Assembly (NCBI GenBank): GCA_944348085.1
Contig: CALVMU010000001.1
Coordinates: 1,703-65,702, forward strand
Reading direction: 5' to 3'
Length of the DNA: 64,000 nt
Source: an uncultured Clostridia bacterium
GTDB taxonomy: Bacteria > Bacillota > Clostridia > Christensenellales > UBA1242
Each line of letters begins with the position of its first letter. Position 1 is the stretch's first letter. The position numbers and the translations under genes are program-made. A model generated the notes under the pieces. That model worked only from the letters and a program-made list of their open reading frames with translations. It did not search any database and was not told the origin of the DNA. Positions 45,627-52,383 of this stretch are shown here, one piece after another.

Positions 45627-45881
45627 CTACAAAAATGCCGTCAATTTGGCGTCAAAATTATGTCAAAAAGGTAAAAAATTCGACATTTTTCGCACAATTT
45701 TAAAATTTTCAAAATTTCACATCAATTTTTTCAATAAAATTATCGAAATTTTGTTTAAATTGAATATAAAAACTTGTCAAAACAAAAAATTTGTGATAGA
45801 ATAAAAGAGCAATCTCAAAGTTTGCATACAAAATCAGCAAACAAACCGAGTGCAAAAAAACAAGTGCTAAACGCACTTAGC

Positions 45882-46013
45882 ACTGCCCTACAAATAAATA
45901 TGCTGGTGTGGCGGCTCGGGGTCCCCAAAAGCTTATAAAGATTTTGGGGTGATCAGTGGCAGACGCACAGACTTAAAGTCCTGTGCGTAAACTAAATAAA
46001 AAGTTTAGTTATT
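45882..46013 (+). repeat. tRNA-Leu(UAA) 5'-half unit with a D-loop hairpin insert (132-bp unit, tandem to the real gene)
   Basis: The head actgccctacaaataaatatGCTGGTGTGGCGG is identical to 46014-46046. The insert hairpin is at 45923-45949. It is followed by ACGCACAG-ACTTAAAGTC-CTGTGCGT, which still displays TAA. There is no T arm and no 3' acceptor strand. Confidence 0.8.
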
Positions 46014-46033
46014 ACTGCCCTACAAATAAATAT

Positions 46034-46119
46034 GCTGGTGTGGCGGAATGGCAGACGCACAGGACTTAAAATCCTGAGGTGGCAACACCGTGTGGGTTCG
46101 ACTCCCACCACCAGCACCA
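46034..46119 (+). tRNA. tRNA-Leu (TAA), class II
   Basis: GCTGGTGTGGCGGAATGGCAGACGCACAGGACTTAAAATCCTGAGGTGGCAACACCGTGTGGGTTCGACTCCCACCACCAGCACCA. Confidence 0.95.
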
Positions 46120-46256
46120 AAGAAAAATCTGCGTGTGAAATGCAGTTTTTTATTCAAATCAAGTGCGCATAAAAGTGGGAGGTGACCCCTTGGGTGAGAC
46201 GGGTTCCCTGAAAATCGTCAGATTTTTAGGGTAAGGCTTCCACCACCAGCACCAAG
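46120..46256 (+). repeat. tRNA-Leu 3' module L1: weak terminator hairpin, degenerate anti-T-arm box, conserved hairpin, second tRNA 3' end
   Basis: GTGGGAGGTGACCCC (46175-46189). Hairpin CCCTGAAAATC-GTCA-GATTTTTAGGG (46206-46231). ccaccaccagcaccaa at 46240-46255 is identical to 46105-46120. L1 is about 90% identical to 50367-50508. Confidence 0.8.
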
Positions 46257-46496
46257 TATACTATACAAAAAGTCTTTTTTTGAAAAGGACTTGACACACT
46301 GCATACAGTGGCTTTGATTGATTTTTGCACTGTATACAGAGTTGGAAGTGACAACATGGCGAAAGATTGGAAGAAAAACAGAAAAAAGTGTCTTATTTAG
46401 GAAAATGAATTTTGATTTTTTTACTTAAAAATTAAATTAAATCAAAAATAATCAAAAATCAAAATAGGTGGTATAATTTTCGTTGAGGTTAAGAAA

Positions 46497-47087
46497 ATGA
46501 TTATTGAAACTGATAGATTGATTTTAAGAGAATGGAAAATGTCTGACATTGAAGATAATGTTGAAGGATTGAATAATTTTAATGTTACAAAAAACTTAAC
46601 TGTCAAGTTTCCGTATACAAAACAAGATGCAATATGCTTTATTGAAAAACATAGAAATAATGATGAAGAGAATTATTATTTTGCAATTCAATTAAAAAAT
46701 GAAAACAAGGTTATTGGTGGAACTGCTATATTAGTTGATAAACATAATATGATTGGAAAGGGTGGAATTTGGATAAATGAAAAATATTTGGGAAAAGGAT
46801 ATGGGACGGAGGTTTGGATAGCGAGAGCAAAGTTTGCTTTTGAAAATTTGTCTTTGAAAAAATTGCAGAATGGTTATTTCGAATTTAACGAAATCTCTTG
46901 GAAAATGCAAAAAAAAGTAGGCTATAAAATTGTAGGAGAAAAAACTAATTTTAGCAAAGCCCTTAATCAAAAAGTTAAAGAGATTGTAACAGAATTGACA
47001 AAAAGTGAATTCAATAAAGCATTAGAAAAAAACTTTAAACAAATAAATTTTACATTTAAAGTTTTAGAAGATAACAAGTATTCGTGA
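46497..47087 (+). CDS. GNAT N-acetyltransferase (RimJ/RimL-like)
   Basis: TDRLILREW at the N-terminus and the acetyl-CoA motif NEKYLGKGYGTE. Confidence 0.8.
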   Translation: MIIETDRLILREWKMSDIEDNVEGLNNFNVTKNLTVKFPYTKQDAICFIEKHRNNDEENYYFAIQLKNENKVIGGTAILVDKHNMIGKGGIWINEKYLGKGYGTEVWIARAKFAFENLSLKKLQNGYFEFNEISWKMQKKVGYKIVGEKTNFSKALNQKVKEIVTELTKSEFNKALEKNFKQINFTFKVLEDNKYS

Positions 47088-47157
47088 TCAATTATGTAAT
47101 GTCGCGAAATCAATGTTGAGAAATCAAAAAATCGACTTTGTTGTTAGTCGACACACA

Positions 47158-47242
47158 GAAAAATCTGCGTGTGAAATGCAGTTTTTTATTCAAATCAAAT
47201 GCGCATAAAAGAGGGAGGCAAATCTTTGGGTGAGACGGGTTG
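47158..47242 (+). repeat. L3: partial third copy of the tRNA-Leu downstream module, not next to a tRNA
   Basis: 78 of 85 nt are identical to 46121-46205, including TTGGGTGAGACGGGTT. After that it diverges into a different hairpin, GGTTGCAA..TTGCGACC. Confidence 0.75.
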
Positions 47243-47388
47243 CAACTTACAAAAATCAAGCATGTTTCTTCTTGCGACCTAGCGAATAACTTGAACTGCA
47301 ATCTTCCATTCCCCTTTATTTTTCACTTTTTGCTTAAATTGTTTGTTTTTGAAAAGAAAAAAGTGTAACATTTTTTAAAGAGGGCAAA

Positions 47389-47859
47389 ATGATTAAAAAC
47401 TTTATTCAACCACCAAAAATTATAATCAATGAAAATCTTGAACTTGTTAAGTATTATCCAAATTACAACTTGACAATAAATTGGTATAGCAGTCCAAAGC
47501 TATGCAAGCAAGTCGATGGCAAAGAAGAGGCTTACAGCAAAGAAAGACTCAAAAACATGTATAAATTTTTGTGCAAAAATGGAGAATGTTATTATATCAA
47601 ATACAAGGACAATGGAAAATGGATGCTTGTTGGAGACATTTCGCTATATCTCGGGCAAATTGCAATAGTTATCGCACAGCAGTGGCAAAACAAGCATATT
47701 GGAAGAGAATGTGTGAAAGCTTTGCTTAAAAGAGCCAAACAAGTTGGTTATACAGAAATTAAAGCAAACATTTTTTCTTTCAATAGCCAAAGCAAAAACA
47801 TGTTTCAAGCAGTTGGATTTAAACAAGTTTCAAATGAAGAATATATTTACAAATTATGA
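47389..47859 (+). CDS. GNAT N-acetyltransferase
   Basis: The QQWQNKHIGRECVKALL acetyl-CoA-binding pattern (Q/R-x-x-G-x-G/A-like) and a 156-aa size. Confidence 0.7.
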   Translation: MIKNFIQPPKIIINENLELVKYYPNYNLTINWYSSPKLCKQVDGKEEAYSKERLKNMYKFLCKNGECYYIKYKDNGKWMLVGDISLYLGQIAIVIAQQWQNKHIGRECVKALLKRAKQVGYTEIKANIFSFNSQSKNMFQAVGFKQVSNEEYIYKL

Positions 47860-47994
47860 TAAACTAAAAAAGACTAGCTACGCGCTAGTCATTTTTATAT
47901 TTTAAATATTTTTCAAAATCAATAAAGTAACAAATTTAACAAATATAATAAAAAAAATCAAACACTAAAAGTTTGATAATTTTAAAAAGTCTTT

Positions 47995-48387
47995 CTATGC
48001 CATCTGATTTCTATAAATCATTGCGCGACATTCAAGTTTCAATCTTTCAGCAAGTGAGCAGATAACTTGTTTAGCAGATATCGTTTCAACATTTTGACAG
48101 CCAAACAAATTTTCGCAAGCGGATTGATTTAATCCTCTTTTACAAGCTTCACACATGGTCTTTAGCCGTCTTTCAATTTGACTTACTGAAATATTATAGT
48201 TTTCAGCTAGCGCAGGATATAGTTTTTTGTTCATATTAAGCTTTTTTGAAGCATCCAAAGCAATCTGCATCACAACATCTTTTAAAAGACTATAACCTTT
48301 TGCATTTGGAAGCACTCTGATTTTCATAAGCATCAAACTGAGCCTTTCTTCAATAAAAACTCTTTTCTTCTCATCGACTTCCCCCAT
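47995..48387 (-). CDS. Stand-alone Spo0A C-terminal-domain-like DNA-binding protein (no receiver domain)
   Basis: NAKGYSLLKDVV...NKKLYPALAENYNISVSQIERRLKTMCEA parallels the Spo0A effector domain (KGYxYLreAI...KeLYP.IA..f.tT.S.VERaIRhaIe). GGAGGTG SD. Confidence 0.65.
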   Translation of the reverse strand: MGEVDEKKRVFIEERLSLMLMKIRVLPNAKGYSLLKDVVMQIALDASKKLNMNKKLYPALAENYNISVSQIERRLKTMCEACKRGLNQSACENLFGCQNVETISAKQVICSLAERLKLECRAMIYRNQMA

Positions 48388-48439
48388 ATTTTCACCTCCC
48401 GCTTTCGATTATAATACACTTTTTGATAAACGCCAAATA

Positions 48440-48463
48440 TTTTTTACAATTTTTTACAAAATT
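48440..48463 (-). promoter_or_regulatory. Shared upstream motif (copy 2)
   Basis: ttttttacaattttttacaaaatt lies about 55 nt upstream of the Spo0A-C-like gene start. Confidence 0.45.
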
Positions 48464-48579
48464 TTAAATATTTTTTTATTTTTTCTTCAAATTTATAAAA
48501 GTTCTTTGCAAATGCTTCAATTTGTTTGTAATTTTTTCTGATTTATAGTATCATAAACTTAATAGAAAAGGAGAAAAAT

Positions 48580-49413
48580 ATGAAATTCAAAATTGTTGCT
48601 GATGCTTCTTGCGATATCCCTGAAGAGTATCTTGAAAAATATGATATTTCAATCATTCCTATTGAGGTTGCCTTTGGTGAAGAAATCTATCCTGAAGGTT
48701 TAAGCAAAAAAGAGTTTTACGATAAAATTGAAAACACAACTCTGATTCCAAAAACAGCAATGCCAAACGCTTACAAATTTGAGCAGTTCTATAAAGACTA
48801 TGCAAACAAAGAAGATGTGTTTGTGTTTACAATTGTCATTTCAATGGAATTAAGTCAAACAAAAATCCAAGCTCAAAATGCAGCCGACTCACTTGGCATG
48901 AAAAATGTGTTTATTGAAGAAAGTGGTTGCACAACAGTTGCTCAAGGTGCCATTATTTGCGAACTTTGCAAGTATATGGAAAAAGAGCAATCTGTTGAAA
49001 AGATAATAAAAGAGTTTTACAGGCTTAAATCAAAATGCAAACTCTATGCAGCCATCAACGACCTTAAGTATTTGAAAAATAGCGGTCGCCTCTCCTCTTC
49101 TTCAGCAGTGATTGGCTCAATGCTCAATGTAAAGCCAATTGTCAGCATTGTTGATGGCAAAGTTGTCAACATCAAAAAATGTATGGGCGCAAATCAAGCT
49201 GACCAATTTATGTTTAGCCAAATCAAACAAATTGACCCAAAACATGATTTTTACTACATACACTCTGACAACATTCCAGCTGTTGATAAACTAAGAGAAA
49301 AATATAATTCAAAACTTCCAAAAGGTCAAAAAATCACAACTTGCGAAATCGGCTGCGTAGTCGGCTCACATGTTGGACCTCGTTGCTACGGCTTTGTTTA
49401 TTTTGAAAAATAG
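48580..49413 (+). CDS. DegV-family fatty-acid-binding protein
   Basis: MKFKIVADASCDIPEE...ISIIPIEV start and the LKYLKNSGRLS motif. Confidence 0.85.
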   Translation: MKFKIVADASCDIPEEYLEKYDISIIPIEVAFGEEIYPEGLSKKEFYDKIENTTLIPKTAMPNAYKFEQFYKDYANKEDVFVFTIVISMELSQTKIQAQNAADSLGMKNVFIEESGCTTVAQGAIICELCKYMEKEQSVEKIIKEFYRLKSKCKLYAAINDLKYLKNSGRLSSSSAVIGSMLNVKPIVSIVDGKVVNIKKCMGANQADQFMFSQIKQIDPKHDFYYIHSDNIPAVDKLREKYNSKLPKGQKITTCEIGCVVGSHVGPRCYGFVYFEK

Positions 49414-49438
49414 TGCTTAATCTTAAGCACTTTTTTTT
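49413..49438 (+). terminator. Intrinsic terminator after degV
   Basis: GTGCTTAA-tc-TTAAGCAC followed by T8. Confidence 0.75.
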
Positions 49439-49675
49439 GTGGCTAATATAAAAATTTTGGAATATATACTTTATGTAAAGCGTTTTACATAAACATTTTT
49501 CTATGCTTTTTTATCGATTTCTATAATATTTTGAAAATAATTTCATGAATTTGCCAAAAACAGTTGATTTTTTATGTGAAATTTGATATATTATAGGAGC
49601 AAACCTTGAAAAGCATGGCAAATGCTTGGCACGATAAGTTTGCTTAACTTAAAAAAGGTGCCAAAAACAATTTTT

Positions 49676-49750
49676 GCGGGAGTGGCTCAGTGGTAGAGCG
49701 TTGCCTTGCCAAGGCAAATGTCGCGGGTTCGAATCCCGTCTTCCGCTCCA
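49676..49750 (+). tRNA. tRNA-Gly (GCC)
   Basis: GCGGGAGTGGCTCAGTGGTAGAGCGTTGCCTTGCCAAGGCAAATGTCGCGGGTTCGAATCCCGTCTTCCGCTCCA. Confidence 0.95.
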
Positions 49751-49755
49751 TAAAT

Positions 49756-49830
49756 GGTACCATCGCCAAGCGGTAAGGCAAAGGTCTGCAAAACCTTTAT
49801 TCCCCGGTTCAAATCCGGGTGGTACCTCCA
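49756..49830 (+). tRNA. tRNA-Cys (GCA)
   Basis: GGTACCATCGCCAAGCGGTAAGGCAAAGGTCTGCAAAACCTTTATTCCCCGGTTCAAATCCGGGTGGTACCTCCA. Confidence 0.95.
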
Positions 49831-49833
49831 AAA

Positions 49834-49862
49834 GCGACTTCTTTTAGAGGTCGCCATTTTTA
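49834..49862 (+). terminator. Terminator after tRNA-Gly/Cys
   Basis: GCGAC-N11-GTCGC followed by cattttt. Confidence 0.55.
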
Positions 49863-49990
49863 TAAAGAAACCTTTGCCCAAATTGCTAAAACAGAATGCC
49901 CCACCCTTTGACTTAACATTCCAAAATATTTACATGTTTTGCGATAAAACACAAACAAAAATCAGGTGCGCAAAATTGATAACTTGATTT

Positions 49991-50124
49991 CTACTGCCCT
50001 ACAATTTAATATGCTGGTGTGGCGGCTCGGGGTCCCCAAAAACTTATAAAGATTTTGGGGTGATCAGTGGCAGACCGACGGCTCAAGAGTCCGTCGCGAA
50101 AACGAAATTGACTTACTTAGTTTT
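49991..50124 (+). repeat. tRNA-Leu(CAA) 5'-half unit, copy 1 (134 bp)
   Basis: Head ctactgccctacaatttaatatGCTGGTGTGGCGG, D-loop insert hairpin at 50034-50060, anticodon-like hairpin CGACGG-CTCAAGAGT-CCGTCG, and tail hairpin GAAAAC..GTTTTC. Confidence 0.8.
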
Positions 50125-50258
50125 CTACTGCCCTACAATTTTATATGCTGGTGTGGCGGTTCGGGGTCCCCAAAAGCTTATAAAGGTTTTGGGGTGATCA
50201 GTGGCAGACCGACGGCTCAAGAGTCCGTCGCGAAAACGAAATTGACTTACTTAGTTTT
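50125..50258 (+). repeat. tRNA-Leu(CAA) 5'-half unit, copy 2 (134 bp)
   Basis: Near-identical to copy 1, with a handful of substitutions. Its hairpin is at 50168-50194. Confidence 0.8.
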
Positions 50259-50280
50259 CTACTGCCCTACAATTTTATAT

Positions 50281-50366
50281 GCTGGTGTGGCGGAATGGCA
50301 GACGCGACGGACTCAAAATCCGTTGAGGGCAACTTCATGTGGGTTCGACTCCCACCACCAGCACCA
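50281..50366 (+). tRNA. tRNA-Leu (CAA), class II
   Basis: GCTGGTGTGGCGGAATGGCAGACGCGACGGACTCAAAATCCGTTGAGGGCAACTTCATGTGGGTTCGACTCCCACCACCAGCACCA. Confidence 0.95.
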
Positions 50367-50508
50367 AGAAAAAATCTGCGTGTAAAATGCAGTTTTTTTA
50401 TTTAAATCAAATGCACATAAAATGTGGGAGTCGAACCCTTGGGTGAGACGGGTTCCCTGAAAATCGCCAGATTTTTAGGGTAAGGCTTCCACCACCAGCA
50501 CCAAGAAA
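50367..50508 (+). repeat. tRNA-Leu 3' module L2: exact anti-T-arm box, conserved hairpins, second tRNA 3' end
   Basis: GTGGGAGTCGAACCC (50424-50438) is the rc of the T arm GGGTTCGACTCCCAC. The hairpin is at 50455-50480. The 20-bp block ccaccaccagcaccaagaaa at 50489-50508 is identical to 50352-50371. Confidence 0.85.
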
Positions 50509-50718
50509 GAATAATCCAAACTAACGGATTGTTTTTTTATTATGAAAATTTAAAGCAACCAAGATATTTGCGCTATTTTATTTCTTTTTTCCAAAAATTA
50601 TAGTAAAATATCAATATAAAATTGATATTGACAATTAATCATAAAAATTGGCAAAATAAAAAACTTAGCAGAATTGAAGACGACTGGCACGCATCACTTC
50701 AAATGCTAAGTTTTTTGT

Positions 50719-52383
50719 TTATTTTATCTTTCGGCTTTCACTGCAAGAAAAATATGCCACTTGGTATGATTTTGCAAGTTCTTCTAAAATCGGCACAGCC
50801 ATTGCAAAATTTTGATCATCTAGATTGACAAAACTGTCATCTAGAATAACGCAAGGCTTTTCTTTTTTATAAACTTTGTCAAGAAGGCTAAAACGCTGGC
50901 AAATCACCACCAAATCGCGATAACCTTGGCTTAAATATTCCACATTTTTTGCGCCTTGACTTGTGATAATCCAAGGATTGAGTGAGCTGTCAATCGAAAT
51001 CTTTTCAGAACCATTAAAGCCATCGAAAAAGCTTTGAAATTTTTCGTTCAAAGGAGTAACAAACCTTTCACTAACATTTTCTCTTGCCAATTTTAAAAAG
51101 TTCATTGTCTTTTTCAGAAGCTCGATTTTTTCAAGCCCGCCCTTTCGCTCGGCTGCAAGCGCGCTCTCATTTGTCAGCAAAATGGAAAGCTCTTCCTGCT
51201 TGCTTTCAATTTCACTGGTCAGGTTTGCCACTTTTGCGCTGGCATGTGCATAGCCTTGTTCAATTTCCAATTTTTTCTGATAAAGCGCTTCACTGTCAAT
51301 TTCTTCAGCTTCAGGTAGCGCCTCAATCTCAACCTTCAATTTGTCGATTTCACCTCTTAAAGCCATAATCTCTTCGTTTGCAAAAGTGTCTCTAGGTTTG
51401 TTTTTAAAAATTAAAAGCGCTCCGCCCAAAAGCAAAAATATTGCACCAACTGTAAGACCAATTTCTATCGCCAAAACATCAAAGGCAAAAAGCAAAACAA
51501 AAATTGCACCGACTGAAAACAACAAAATTGAAAGAGGCAAGAATTTTGGTTTTGTCTTTTCAATTGGTTTTTGATTTGCAAGCTCATTTAAGCGCAAATT
51601 TTTGCTGTTAAACTGCTCTTGCAACGCTCTTTTTTCATCAGCAAGTTTTCTTTGCTCTTTTGCCTTTTCTCTTTCTTCTTCAAAAATCTTGTCAAATTCA
51701 TGTTTTTCAAAAGTCTGTTTTTGCAAATCGGCAGTCTCATTTTTCAAAAGTTGTTCAGCCTCTGAAATATCCTTTTTTAGTCTCTCGATATTTCTTTCAA
51801 TTTGCTTAAGCTCGACCTCTTTTGGAAGAAGAGATACCAGCTCTTTACGATTTTTCTCTAGCAATTTGATTGCAAATTCTGTTTTTTCGCCATCATTTTT
51901 GTATTTTTCAATGCCTGCAAGGTTGGAAACAACCTCGTCTGTTGAAGAAGATGACAAATCATTTTGACCAAAAAATGCAGAAATGGCAAAAGTTTCTTTG
52001 CCAACGCCAAAAAGCTCTTCGCCAATATTTTCAGAATAATCACCGCTTATTTTATTAGCATTTAAGTCAAAAAGCTGAAAACTGTCTTCCTCTGGCGTTT
52101 TGCCAAAAGTTCTGAAAATTTGATAGTTTTTTCCTCTGGCTTCAATTGTCATGTTTCCGCCAAATTTGCCACCCTGCCAAGGTTCATATTTTGAGCGCTC
52201 TGACTGATAATCTTTTTTTCTTCCCTTTGCCTCAAGTCCATAAAACATTGCTTTGATAAATGCGCAAAGTGTGCTTTTTCCCCAGCCATTTTCGTGGATA
52301 AACTGATTGAGCTCGCTGGAAAAAGAAAGGTCAAAGTTTGACAGTTTGCCAAAATTTTCGATATGAAGTTTTACAATTTTCAT
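50719..52383 (-). CDS. SbcC/Rad50-like (YhaN-type) AAA ATPase with two predicted TM helices in the middle of the coiled coil
   Basis: N-terminal ENGWGKST P-loop. C-terminal LSQGYRDL signature-like motif and the Walker B motif CVILDDSFVNLD. Residues 281-326 (FLPLSILLFSVGAIFVLLFAFDVLAIEIGLTVGAIFLLLGGALLIF) are hydrophobic. Confidence 0.7.
   Translation of the reverse strand: MKIVKLHIENFGKLSNFDLSFSSELNQFIHENGWGKSTLCAFIKAMFYGLEAKGRKKDYQSERSKYEPWQGGKFGGNMTIEARGKNYQIFRTFGKTPEEDSFQLFDLNANKISGDYSENIGEELFGVGKETFAISAFFGQNDLSSSSTDEVVSNLAGIEKYKNDGEKTEFAIKLLEKNRKELVSLLPKEVELKQIERNIERLKKDISEAEQLLKNETADLQKQTFEKHEFDKIFEEEREKAKEQRKLADEKRALQEQFNSKNLRLNELANQKPIEKTKPKFLPLSILLFSVGAIFVLLFAFDVLAIEIGLTVGAIFLLLGGALLIFKNKPRDTFANEEIMALRGEIDKLKVEIEALPEAEEIDSEALYQKKLEIEQGYAHASAKVANLTSEIESKQEELSILLTNESALAAERKGGLEKIELLKKTMNFLKLARENVSERFVTPLNEKFQSFFDGFNGSEKISIDSSLNPWIITSQGAKNVEYLSQGYRDLVVICQRFSLLDKVYKKEKPCVILDDSFVNLDDQNFAMAVPILEELAKSYQVAYFSCSESRKIK

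Noticed and set aside
45577-45804. 75-aa ORF in the AT-rich intergenic region upstream of the sigma-like gene
   Set aside because: It has Phe/Lys/Ile/Asn-rich composition typical of random AT-rich frames and no SD. The region is better explained as regulatory DNA.
46297-46339. CTGTATACAG palindromes considered as LexA/SOS boxes
   Set aside because: The Firmicute LexA (Cheo) box is GAAC-N4-GTTC-like. The E. coli box is CTGT-N8-ACAG (16 bp), not this 10-bp form.
49991-50366. The tandem 134-bp units considered as a CRISPR array
   Set aside because: There is no short-repeat / unique-spacer alternation. Whole units are near-identical and contain tRNA sequence. No cas genes or leader are present.
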